Shown in pieces: positions 8,500 through 17,541 of a DNA stretch of 64,000 nt (the stretch's first letter is position 1; every line of letters begins with the position of its first letter). A program made the translations under genes and the position numbers. This DNA comes from Longimicrobiales bacterium (lineage in GTDB: Bacteria; Gemmatimonadota; Gemmatimonadetes; Longimicrobiales; Gaopeijiaceae), in NCBI GenBank assembly GCA_965202985.1, contig CBDBCF010000001.1, positions 512,001 to 576,000 of the forward strand, read 5' to 3'. The notes under the pieces were generated by a model. The model made no database searches, had not been told where the DNA came from, and saw only the letters and a program-made list of their open reading frames with translations.

Positions 8500-10034
8500 T
8501 CAATAAGACTGTCCCGAACATTTGCAAGTAGAGTCGACTCGGCGACATTTGCCACTAATGCACTGTAAAGGGGAAACGTCAGTCTCTCGAACATCCTAAT
8601 CGCTTCAATCGGTGGCTGCACGACACGGATGTTAGCAAGTTGTTTCTTGTTGATCGCACCAAACACAGTGCCCATTGCATTATATTCTGTCAATCTATGT
8701 TGGATTTCCCTGATAGCATGAAAAGTAAATGACACGCACCCGGACTGATGGAGTACAGCCGCTAGGCCACGTCCAATACAGCATTTTTCGTATGCAATAT
8801 TCGCATGCCCGACTGGGGCACGAACACTGATTAAGGTACTGCCTGGCTGGGCAATCCGTTTGGGAAGTGAACAATAGACTCTATTCTTCGGAAAATGTAA
8901 GCCAAAATCGGCACTGCCTTGAAAAAATGGTAATCCGACGTCAGATTCGGTCGAGTAAGTGCGGCTAGGTGGAGACTGTCCCATTACGATAGAGTAGCAG
9001 TCACCCAGGCGCTCCACAGTCCATCCTTTCGGAATACTGCCAATATCCACGTTAACAAATTCCTCGGGGAACAAATTTATAATATCTTGCGTGATATAGT
9101 TGATCGATTTTGCTTCTGCGTCATTTCGCATCGGGACAAACCATGCTTTGTATATTGCTTGTATCAGTTCGGTCAGAGTTCCGTCCTGTTGTTGGTTCAA
9201 ATGAATCTTATCATCTAGCTTGGTCAGGACGTGAACATACTGACGCTGTGCAGAAATGGGGGGAATGGAGACACAACAGTCACTTAATGCACTAACGGGT
9301 ACTCTTTGCCTGCCTGATGTTCCTGTCATTTGACCGATAGCATACTGACGTAGCCGACTTGAACGGGCCAAATAGTACGCAAATGTGTCATCTGTCACGT
9401 CCGGTCGTCCGCGTGTGACAATGAACTCGGTAGATCCATGGGCATACTCGGAACCGCCAGACTTCGCACAGTACCGAGCAATCTTGCCGTTTTCGAGAGA
9501 CGGGGTAATGCGCGCCATCAGCGTATCACCACATCGAAAACGTGACCCGGTACCGGCGTATGAACGCTCGCTGGATGATTCTACACAGCGATTGCCAGGC
9601 GTGACGTCAGCCATACCGACAAAAGAATAGAGCTGTCCACGAACAAGAGGTACACTTGGGTTGATCATGACAGCATCACAGTAGCGCATGTCCCTATACT
9701 TGCTTTGCAAACTAGCGCTTCCAGTACTTCGAGAAAGTATCACATGATGTCGGTTGATCACTTTCTGAAAAGCCTCGGGCAAATCTTGCCACACAAGCAC
9801 ATCTACTCGGAACGGAAGATCGCTTTCCGCAAAAGCCTCCTGCAGATCCGATACTTGGTGACGTTGCTTGTGATCGGAAAAGACCACCAAATCGAGATCG
9901 GACTGCGGACGTGCAGTCCAGTTTACACGGGAACCGTAGGCCCATACATCTGTGTCAGGCAAGTACTGCTTGATCAGGTCGAATACTAGACATCTTTCGA
10001 CCGCCGTAAGGTCGATCTCGTGACTCAGTGCCAT
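8448..10034 (-). CDS. hsdS: Minimal nucleotidyltransferase (MNT) fused to type I RM specificity subunit HsdS
   Basis: First ~100 aa: VWAYGSRVNWTARPQSDLDLVV (GS-x10-DxD), ESDLPFRVDVL. Then TRD1 (GDTLMARITPSLENGK...MTGTSGRQRV), spacer (PPISAQ...LDDKIHLNQQ...IPKGW), TRD2 (MGQSP...ISVRAPVG...CCIGRGLAA). Confidence 0.92.
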   Translation of the reverse strand: MALSHEIDLTAVERCLVFDLIKQYLPDTDVWAYGSRVNWTARPQSDLDLVVFSDHKQRHQVSDLQEAFAESDLPFRVDVLVWQDLPEAFQKVINRHHVILSRSTGSASLQSKYRDMRYCDAVMINPSVPLVRGQLYSFVGMADVTPGNRCVESSSERSYAGTGSRFRCGDTLMARITPSLENGKIARYCAKSGGSEYAHGSTEFIVTRGRPDVTDDTFAYYLARSSRLRQYAIGQMTGTSGRQRVPVSALSDCCVSIPPISAQRQYVHVLTKLDDKIHLNQQQDGTLTELIQAIYKAWFVPMRNDAEAKSINYITQDIINLFPEEFVNVDIGSIPKGWTVERLGDCYSIVMGQSPPSRTYSTESDVGLPFFQGSADFGLHFPKNRVYCSLPKRIAQPGSTLISVRAPVGHANIAYEKCCIGRGLAAVLHQSGCVSFTFHAIREIQHRLTEYNAMGTVFGAINKKQLANIRVVQPPIEAIRMFERLTFPLYSALVANVAESTLLANVRDSLIDYLLADSNSLKIRLENT

Positions 10035-10441
10035 GATTCCTCGGTCATGGTCTCATAGAGGGCAGTGGCATCTGCTATGAAATCACCGACGACTCCAAGG
10101 CAGTCCTGCGCCTTAGTGATACTGTAATCGTGAGACGTGCCGATACGGTGCTTAGCATAGCCTAGCCATCGCTCCAATGGACCGTCAAGCAAGTCGTTTT
10201 CGAATGCGCACCGGAGGATGGGTTTGGGACTGTTGGGCACATCTGGAATGCCCAGGACGTCTACCAAGTACCGCTTGAGAACCTTCCACATGGAATCGTA
10301 GCAGGTTTCAAAACGATGGACGACTGATTCCGCAATGCCGTCCTGTGTGATCTCAGGCAACGATAGATCGAGCTGGCGATAGTTCGCGTGCTGCTCTCGC
10401 AACCGTGCAAGGGAAAGGCGGAACTTGTCGTAGTTGATCAT
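10025..10441 (-). CDS. HEPN-superfamily protein (HI0074 / nucleotidyltransferase substrate-binding type), putative RNase toxin
   Basis: [22 protein letters not shown]...SPKPILR...RIGTSHDY (R-x4-H-x-Y); ATGA overlap with the hsdM stop, 10-nt overlap with MNT-hsdS. Confidence 0.9.
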   Translation of the reverse strand: MINYDKFRLSLARLREQHANYRQLDLSLPEITQDGIAESVVHRFETCYDSMWKVLKRYLVDVLGIPDVPNSPKPILRCAFENDLLDGPLERWLGYAKHRIGTSHDYSITKAQDCLGVVGDFIADATALYETMTEESWH

Positions 10442-12036
10442 CGCGGTGCATCGTCGTTCGGAGGAGGGAACCCCAGTTTCGCCAGGTTGGCCTCGATAGC
10501 AACGTCTAGTCGCCGGGCCTCTGCCACCTGTTTATGCCATTCGGCGGTTAGGCGTCGCATCTTCACCTCGAAAGGCTCGTCTTCCTCTTCTTCTTGGGGC
10601 TCCACACCCACGTACCGACCTGGTGTGAGTACATAGTCGTAGCCGCGCACATCCTCCAGCGAGGCTCTCTTACAGAATCCGGGCACGTCTTCGTACTGAT
10701 CCGTTTCAGAGTCGGTGCGCCATGCGTGGTAGGTGCCCGTGATGCGGGATATCTCCTCTCCCGTGAGTGTCCGGTGGGTGCGGTCCACCATTCGCCCGAG
10801 TTTCCGGGCGTCGATGAAGAGAATTTCGCTGTGCCGGTCCCGTGAAAGAAACCACAGGCAGGCGGGAATCGGCGTGGAATAGAAGAGCTGTCCCGGAAGG
10901 GCGACAATGCAGTCCACTAGCTCCGCGGCCACCAATCCCCGGCGAATCGTCAATTCGGCCTTTTGGTGTGAACTCATTGAGCCGTTGGCAAGCACGAAGC
11001 CAGCCACCCCCCTGGGCGACAGGTGGTGGACGATGTGCTGGACCCAAGCGAAGTTGGCGTTGCCCTTGGGCGGGACGCCGAACTGCCACCGTTGATCTTC
11101 CTTCAGCCGATCGCCTCCCCAGTCGCTCACGTTGAAGGGCGGATTGGCGAGAATGTAGTCGGCCTTGAGGTCGGGATGGAGATCGTTGTGGAAGGTGTCG
11201 CCCTGAGCGATCTGACCCTCGATTCCGCGAACTGCGAGATTCATCTTGGCAAGTCCCCACGTCGTGTAGTTGGACTCCTGGCCGTATATGGAGATGTCGG
11301 GCTTGGCCGACGGCTCACCGTTCGCGGCGTGACCTGGCTCGCCGTTTTCGTTCGGCTTCTGGTGCGCCCGTATGAATTCGACGGACTGCACGAACATGCC
11401 CGACGAGCCGCAACAGGGATCGTACACGCGGCCCTGGAAGGGTTCGATCATCTTGACCAGCAAGCGGACAATGCAGTGCGGCGTATAGAACTGGCCGCCG
11501 CGCTTGCCCTCGTCGGCGGCGAAGCGGGAGAGGAAATACTCGTAGATCCGGCCTAGCACGTCCTTCGAGCGGGCGGCCTCGTCACCAACCATGATGTTGC
11601 TCACCATGTCTATAACCTGCCCGAGACGCGCCTGGTCCATAGACTGGCGGGCGTAGTCCTTCGGCAGCACATCCTTCAGTCCCGGATTGTCGCGCTCGAC
11701 GGCGACCATCGAGTCGTCCACCATTCGGCCGATGCCCGGTTGCTTCGCATTGGCTTTCAAGCGCTCCCATCGGGCCTCGGGCGGCACCCAGAAGATGCTC
11801 TTCGCCCGGTACTCGTCCCGGTCCTCTGGATCGGCGTACTCGTCTTCTTCGAGCTTGGCGTGCAACTCCTCGAAGGCGTCGGAGACGTACTTTAGGAAGA
11901 ACAGCCCGAGGACGACATGCTTGTACTCGGCGGCATCCATTGAGCCGCGCAGGGCGTCGGCCATCTTCCACAGCTTGGCCTCGTAGCCGGTCGTGGCGGC
12001 GGAGGTTGGGGGCTTGGCGTGTTGTCGTGCTGGCAT
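10438..12036 (-). CDS. hsdM: Type I RM N6-adenine methyltransferase subunit M
   Basis: [50 protein letters not shown]; start ATG 12036 assumed (ORF open to 12096). Confidence 0.97.
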   Translation of the reverse strand: MPARQHAKPPTSAATTGYEAKLWKMADALRGSMDAAEYKHVVLGLFFLKYVSDAFEELHAKLEEDEYADPEDRDEYRAKSIFWVPPEARWERLKANAKQPGIGRMVDDSMVAVERDNPGLKDVLPKDYARQSMDQARLGQVIDMVSNIMVGDEAARSKDVLGRIYEYFLSRFAADEGKRGGQFYTPHCIVRLLVKMIEPFQGRVYDPCCGSSGMFVQSVEFIRAHQKPNENGEPGHAANGEPSAKPDISIYGQESNYTTWGLAKMNLAVRGIEGQIAQGDTFHNDLHPDLKADYILANPPFNVSDWGGDRLKEDQRWQFGVPPKGNANFAWVQHIVHHLSPRGVAGFVLANGSMSSHQKAELTIRRGLVAAELVDCIVALPGQLFYSTPIPACLWFLSRDRHSEILFIDARKLGRMVDRTHRTLTGEEISRITGTYHAWRTDSETDQYEDVPGFCKRASLEDVRGYDYVLTPGRYVGVEPQEEEEDEPFEVKMRRLTAEWHKQVAEARRLDVAIEANLAKLGFPPPNDDAPR

Positions 12037-12443
12037 CGATGTGGCCCGATCTTCTGACTTCTGACGTGTCCGAATCGTCAACATTGGCGTTGCCAACCGC
12101 CTCGGTCAAGCCCTGGCTTGGGGGCCGCCGCCACCGCAGGGGCCAAGCGGGAGCCACGGGCATGCCACGCGGGCCGTCCGTCAGGCGGAGGCTTCGCCTC
12201 GCCGACCTCGCCGCGACCGACGCACTCGGCGACACCCGGCGGGCACAGCGACGTCTCCGGCTACGCCCGATTCGGGGACGCGGGACGGGCTCGGCCAGCG
12301 ACGCCACGTCGCCCCCGTCCATCGTCTGCACCGTCACGCCCACCACCGCGCCCGCCTCCAGTCCACGACCTGCCCTAGCTTGTGACCCTATGCTCCAATG
12401 CCGGTGCAAGATCGAGGGACAGGCCGTGGCTCTCTTGCCTGTA

Positions 12444-12992
12444 CTACTCCTCTTCCGGTCCTAGAAGCTTTTCCAGTTGGGTGTGACCCCCGCCAATCTT
12501 TCCCAGGACGTGCTGTGATGTCGTAAACGACACGCGGATGCCTCCACGGCCCTGAAGAAACTCGTCATCGACCCTGGTCACCCTGACATCCTGTATGTCG
12601 GATGGGATCATATTTTTGACGTCCGCAAGCCACCGCAGGAATACGATGAGATTGGCACTGGGGTCAATGACTCGCTCCATCGGAATACCGAGGGAGTTGT
12701 CCGGACTGACCTCCATGTCGGGCGCGAGTTCTCCTTCCCAGATGTGCCTGTAGGTTGCTTGCATCTGGCGAATATCGTCCTCCGTCGGGCCTCCTACGCG
12801 GACACGCTCAAAGAGCTCGCGAATCTCGTCCTCTGGTAGCGCAGTCAGGCACTCAGGTTCCGAGCAAAACTCTGTTGCCTTGTTTATCAGTATGTCATGG
12901 AGCGACGCACCAGTGTTGAATAGAGAGGGGGCCGTCTTGGCCAATACAACTACCACGGCCATTGCGCGAGCTTGCTGGTCGATGATTCCCAT
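12444..12992 (-). CDS. Hypothetical protein (182 aa)
   Basis: Clean ORF with AAAGGAG ribosome-binding site, lower GC than flanks; no family recognised. Confidence 0.7.
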   Translation of the reverse strand: MGIIDQQARAMAVVVVLAKTAPSLFNTGASLHDILINKATEFCSEPECLTALPEDEIRELFERVRVGGPTEDDIRQMQATYRHIWEGELAPDMEVSPDNSLGIPMERVIDPSANLIVFLRWLADVKNMIPSDIQDVRVTRVDDEFLQGRGGIRVSFTTSQHVLGKIGGGHTQLEKLLGPEEE

Positions 12993-13219
12993 TTCGTCTC
13001 CTTTAGTTGACCCGTCTAGTTCACCATCGGTGAATTGGGGAAGGGGAGCGAGCGTGCGTCGGCGAGGCCAGTAAGTTCAAGATGCCACGTCGAGAACTGG
13101 CAGCCTTACGCTCGCAATGCCGAGGTGAAGATAGCGAAAGTCCCGTTTCGGTACAAGTCGGCTCGGGGCGAGCTTCGGCCCGACAAGGTGCACGAACATG
13201 CCCGCCCTGCCTGGACACC

Positions 13220-13553
13220 GCGACCTCGAACACCTCGTTGGTCAGGGCTCCCAGTCGCATGCGCCAGAAGTTTCTCCAGGCGGGACGGATCGGCGAGGAA
13301 TTCGCCGGCTTCGCTTTCCTGTTGAAGGTACAGCGTCGCAGCCGCCTTGACGAATCCCCCGCACGTCGCCGAAGCGGCGGATCAGCTCCTTCGCCGGTTG
13401 CTTCACGTCGGAGCGCGGGATCGCCAGAGTCAGCAGCAGCTCCACGATCTCGTAGTCGGCGAAGCCTTCCAGGCCCGACTTCCAGAAGCGGTCGCGGAGC
13501 CTCTGCCGGTGTCCAGCGTGCGTGCTCACCGCCTCGGGCTGCTCGCGCACCAT
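13220..13553 (-). pseudogene. radC: RadC/JAB-family gene relic (N-terminal part; JAB motif lost)
   Basis: HAGHRQRLRDRF...FADYEIVELLLTLAIPRSDVKQPAKELIRRFG, then in other frames VKAAATLYLQQ...DPSRLE and FWRMRLGALTNEVFEVA, then truncated. Confidence 0.8.
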
Positions 13554-13737
13554 GTCGGGCCGGTCGCCCATCAAGCCGCGCAGGGCGTCGGCCGTCTTCC
13601 CAGGTCGGCCTTGTGGTCCGTGGCGGCGGCCCAGGAGGGAGTGACGCAGGCGTGCGGTGTCATGGGTCTGGGAGGGGGCTTCGCGTGGCTCTTGCCGATT
13701 CCCGCAAGATACCGGGCCACTTGAAGGAGGGCCATCC

Positions 13738-14007
13738 GCGACGACGGCGACCACCTACACCACACGGGAAGCCGCGGCTCGATTCCCGGCAATCGTCGAG
13801 CGGGTTCGCAACGACGAGACGGCGACCGTGGCCGACGAGGGCCAACCGGCCGTCGAGATTCGCTTGGCGCCCGGGACGATGAGAGAGAAGCTGCGGGAGC
13901 TCGAGCGCGACGGCATCCTGGTGCGGACCACGATCCGAAACCGAACTCGGAAGATCGGGAGGCGGATACCCGGAGCGCTGGACAGCTTCCTGGCCAACCG
14001 CGAGTAG
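13738..14007 (+). pseudogene. Phd/YefM-family antitoxin, orphan, no canonical start at the RBS
   Basis: YTTREAAARFPAIVERVRNDETATVADEGQPAVEIR...PGALDSFLANRE; AAGGAGG at 13724-13730 followed by GCG/ACG/ACG in frame; no toxin ORF downstream. Confidence 0.6.
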
Positions 14008-14166
14008 AGCCGCCCGGCGACGCAAGACGAGCGGGGTCGAACTGGGGGTCGGCGCGACGGCTGCGAGTGCCCGAGACGGGGATCGGCGCGGAGGCCGCCA
14101 GCCCCCGGTCGCGGCGAGGCGACGGGACCCCGGCAGCCCCGTGCTGACGCGAGGTGGCGGGGATCG

Positions 14167-14760
14167 CTAGTTGGCGAGTCGGGCCAGCAACTCGGCTGCC
14201 GTGTCGCACTCGATGATGGCGTCCGCCGCCGCGTCCAATTCCTTGCGTCCGTCCATGCCGCCGATCAGGCCCGACAGCTGGATCCCCGGCGGCCTTCCCG
14301 ATAGCCCTCGCGATAGCCCTCGCGGCGGCCCTCGTCCCGCAGCCTTGCCATCTCTTCTTCGATCTGCTTGTACATGTCTCTCGCTCCCGGCAAACTGGTG
14401 ATCTTCGACAGTTCTTCTTCCGAACGGCCCCACTTCCGCGCCGCGCCCACCGCCCACGGCGCGAACGCCTGCGCGACCCCGGCGTGTTCGGGACCCGGGT
14501 ACGCCTCCAACACCTCGTCCAGCACGGCCCGGACTTACCCGTGCCGCCGTCTCGCTCGAGCTCCCTCAACCAAGTCAGGATGCGCCGCTTCCGCAAGCTT
14601 CGCCGGGGCGGGGTGCGGGGTTGTGGCGGAAGTCGACGCGCCCCGCCATGTCGGCCTGTCCGCGCGCGAGCTTGGAGGCCGACGCACTCGGGCGCGGCAC
14701 CCCAGCGGTCCGGCCGCCAAGTATCGATTCCGGTGGAAGCGCAGTGCGCCCGACAGACGG
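14167..14760 (-). pseudogene. Degenerate second copy of the Rpn gene
   Basis: 14340-14605 closely matches 15000-15265; diverged QADM.RVDFRH piece at ~14620-14690; internal deletions and frameshifts. Confidence 0.85.
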
Positions 14761-14795
14761 ATGTCGCTCGACGGCGACCCGGAATCTTGGCTGGG

Positions 14796-15788
14796 CTAGC
14801 TCGCGAGTCGGGCGATCAGCTCCGCGACCGTGTCACACTCGATGACGGCGTCCGCCGCCGCATCCAACTCGTCGCGTCCGTCCATGCCGCCGATCAGGCC
14901 CGACAGCTCCACGGCCACGTCCGCGCCGAACTTCTTGGCCACTTGGCGCTCCAGCCGGATCTTCGCTTCCCGATGGCCCTTCCGATGGCCTTCCGCCCGC
15001 AGCCTTGCCATCTCTTCTTCGATCTGCGTGTACATGTCTCTCGCCTCCATCAAGTTGGTGATCTTCGACAGTTCCTCTTCCGAACGTCCCCACGTCCGCG
15101 CCGCGCCTATCGCCCACAGCGCGAACGCCTCCGCTACCCCCGCGTGCTCCGGACCCGGGTACGCCTCCAGCACCTCGTCCAGCACGGCCCGGACCTTCGC
15201 CGTGCCGCCGTCGCGCTCCAGCTCCCTCAACCACGTCAGGATGCGCCGCTTCCGCAAGCTTCGCCGGGGCACCGCTCGCATGTCAAGCACCTGGTACGGC
15301 AGCCGGACCGAAAGGCCGCGCAGCTGGGGCAGCGTGTGCGAGATCAGGTGGGCGATGTCGAGGAGGGCGTCCCAAGGAGGGGTGCCGTTGTGGACGACGC
15401 AGACGACGACGGGGGGCAGCCGGTGGTCGGCACCGGGCGGCGTCTCGCGGATCAGGTTCTCGTAGGCGTCGGCGACGTAGCGGAGGACGCGGGCGGCCAT
15501 GGAGGGGTCGACACGGGACTGGAACTCGAGGAGCAGGACCACGGAGCCGGGCCGGTGTCGGAAGTCGACGCGCCAGAGCATATCGGCCTGCCGGCGTTCG
15601 AGACGGGAGCCGACGTGCTCCGGGGTGATCTTGCGCAGCGAGTCGAGGTCGAGTTGGTCGGCCCATTGAGGTGCGAGGTAGTCTTGGAGGAGTTCTGCGA
15701 CGGTGGGGGTCTGGGAGAAGAAGAACTTGTAGACCTCGTCGTGCTTGCGGCGCGGTGGGCGGGGGTTGTCGAGGTAGGCGTCGGGCAA
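14796..15788 (-). CDS. Rpn/YhgA-like recombination-promoting nuclease (PD-(D/E)XK, Transposase_31-like)
   Basis: HDEVYKFFFS...LDLDSLRK...RQADMLWRV...LLLEFQSRVDPSMAARVLRY...LPPVVVCVVHNGTPPW; TTG start 15788 with AGGAGG RBS. Confidence 0.9.
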   Translation of the reverse strand: MPDAYLDNPRPPRRKHDEVYKFFFSQTPTVAELLQDYLAPQWADQLDLDSLRKITPEHVGSRLERRQADMLWRVDFRHRPGSVVLLLEFQSRVDPSMAARVLRYVADAYENLIRETPPGADHRLPPVVVCVVHNGTPPWDALLDIAHLISHTLPQLRGLSVRLPYQVLDMRAVPRRSLRKRRILTWLRELERDGGTAKVRAVLDEVLEAYPGPEHAGVAEAFALWAIGAARTWGRSEEELSKITNLMEARDMYTQIEEEMARLRAEGHRKGHREAKIRLERQVAKKFGADVAVELSGLIGGMDGRDELDAAADAVIECDTVAELIARLAS

Positions 15789-15790
15789 CG

Positions 15791-15833
15791 GGGCCTCCTG
15801 TGGGCGCGGGGGTTCGCGGGTTCGCGGAGGCCC
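15791..15833 (-). promoter_or_regulatory. Stem-loop that can mask the rpn RBS
   Basis: GGGCCTCC (15791-15798) and GGAGGCCC (15826-15833) are inverted repeats; one arm contains the Shine-Dalgarno sequence. Confidence 0.45.
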
Positions 15834-15954
15834 TTGGGGGCGCTCCGGGCCCGGGGGAATGGCCGGGCCGGAAGCAAGATGCACCCCGAAATTGGGCGTT
15901 TGGATAGCTGGATCGGCCTCACTTCGCGGGCCGTGGCCGTGCACGGCAAATTCG

Positions 15955-16065
15955 ATGAATGAAATGAAATCAGCTGATTTAGTATACATAATCACACATG
16001 ATTGCAATAACAAGTATACATAAATTCGTTATTTTCATTGTGAATCTAGAATCATCCTGGACAAA
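15955..16065. promoter_or_regulatory. AT-rich divergent promoter/operator region
   Basis: Perfect palindrome AAATCAGCTGATTT (15967-15980); direct repeat AGTATACATAA at 15981 and 16013. Confidence 0.5.
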
Positions 16066-16133
16066 ACTTCCAACCTTCCCCATCTTTCGAGGCACCCAGC
16101 GCGACGAACCCCAACCCGACGGGAGACGGCCCA

Positions 16134-17540
16134 ATGATCGAGTTCGGCGAAATGCAGCGGGAGCTGGCTCGGGCTCCGTGGTGGACCAAGCCAACCACTT
16201 GGCGGCTGGACGACCCGGACCTCCGCCGCGCCCGCGCCGCGCCGTTCGACTACACGGCCGGCGTACTGGACGACCTGGAGACCGGCGGGCTCTACATCCT
16301 CCGCGGCCCCAGGCGGGTCGGGAAAACCGTCGAGGTGAAGAAGGCGATCGAACGCCTCGTCGCCCCCCAGGATGCCGACCCCCGGCTGGTCCTCCACTTG
16401 GCCGCGGACCGCTTGGTGGCGAGGGACCTGCGCACGGCGGTGGAGGCCGCCGCCGACCTGACCCCGCCCGCCCGTCGCACTTGGTTCATCGACGAGATCA
16501 CGGCCATCAGGGACGGCTGGCCGACCGAGATCAAGTGGTTGCGCGACAACGACGCCCGCTTCGCCGAGGACACGGTGGTGCTGACCGGCTCGTCCGCCGC
16601 CGACCTGGGCGAGTCGGTCAAGGCGCTGGCGGGTCGCCGAGGAGACGTCGCCGAGCCCGACCGGGTGCTCCTGCCCATGTCCTTTCGGGCGTTCGTGCGC
16701 GCCGTCGTGAACGAACCGCCGCCCGACGACGCCGTTCCGCCCACGGCCCTGCAGGACTTGCAGCCGCCGGTCCTCGCGGAGGCCGCCCGCGCGACGGCGC
16801 CCTGGCTAGACACGCTGACGGCCGCTTGGGGCGCCTACATCTCCGTCGGGGGCTTTCCGACGGCCGTCTCCTGCCATGTGGGCGGGGAAAGCGACGAAGG
16901 GTTCCGTCGCGACCTGCTAGACGTGGTTCACGGCGAGGCGCTTCGGGGCGCCCGATGGTCGAAGGCGGAGACCGACGCCTTCGTGAGACGGCTGGCGCAG
17001 GGGGTAGGGTCGCCGACGAACCGATCCGACATCGCCAACCACATCGGCGGGTCCGCCGGCCTAGTGGGGCGGCGCATCGACGCCCTGCGCGACGGATTCG
17101 TGGCCTGGCCCTGCTTCCGGGAGGCCGACCTGCGGCCCAAGCTCCGCGCCCAGGAGAAGGTGTACTTTGTCGACCCCGTGTTCGCCCGGCTGACCCGGCG
17201 GCCCGAGCAGCTCAACGCCGGCCTCCTGTCGGAGCAGCAGTTGGGAACGGCGTTCCTCCGCTCCTTCGCGCGCGACCGGCCGGGAGGACTGCTGGACTTC
17301 GACGCCGTGCTGCACCACCGCACCCCCACCCGCAAGGAGATCGACTTCGTTGGCCCCTCGTTCGGCGGCACCGCCATCGAGTCCAAGTACGTCTCCGGCA
17401 AGCGCTGGCGTCGCGCGATCCCAACCCTGAAGGCGTCGCGCTGGCACGGCATCGTGGCCACCAAGGACGTGCTGAACCTCGCCAACCCCGACGTGGCGGC
17501 GGTGCCAACCGGGATCCTGACTTGGCTGATCGGAGGATGA
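16134..17540 (+). CDS. AAA_14 ATPase with DUF4143 C-terminal region
   Basis: LRGPRRVGKT, WFIDEIT, LTGSS, YISVGGFP, KVYFVDP, KEIDFV...AIESKY. Confidence 0.9.
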   Translation: MIEFGEMQRELARAPWWTKPTTWRLDDPDLRRARAAPFDYTAGVLDDLETGGLYILRGPRRVGKTVEVKKAIERLVAPQDADPRLVLHLAADRLVARDLRTAVEAAADLTPPARRTWFIDEITAIRDGWPTEIKWLRDNDARFAEDTVVLTGSSAADLGESVKALAGRRGDVAEPDRVLLPMSFRAFVRAVVNEPPPDDAVPPTALQDLQPPVLAEAARATAPWLDTLTAAWGAYISVGGFPTAVSCHVGGESDEGFRRDLLDVVHGEALRGARWSKAETDAFVRRLAQGVGSPTNRSDIANHIGGSAGLVGRRIDALRDGFVAWPCFREADLRPKLRAQEKVYFVDPVFARLTRRPEQLNAGLLSEQQLGTAFLRSFARDRPGGLLDFDAVLHHRTPTRKEIDFVGPSFGGTAIESKYVSGKRWRRAIPTLKASRWHGIVATKDVLNLANPDVAAVPTGILTWLIGG

Positions 17541-17541
17541 C

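Noticed and set aside
12100..12440. Possible MITE or ncRNA upstream of hsdM, with a short match to 14105-14120
   Set aside because: Only ~13 bp of similarity in very GC-rich DNA; no terminal repeats or recognisable fold.
13035..13240. Possible gene fragment (AEVKIAKVPFRYKSARGEL)
   Set aside because: No start, RBS or family I can support.
14167..15270. rpn copies or OMP paralogs as DGR template/variable repeats
   Set aside because: Differences are not adenine-specific and there is no reverse transcriptase in the window.
15789..16013. N-terminal extension of Rpn in the ORF track
   Set aside because: Crosses the AT-rich regulatory region; an RBS supports TTG 15788.
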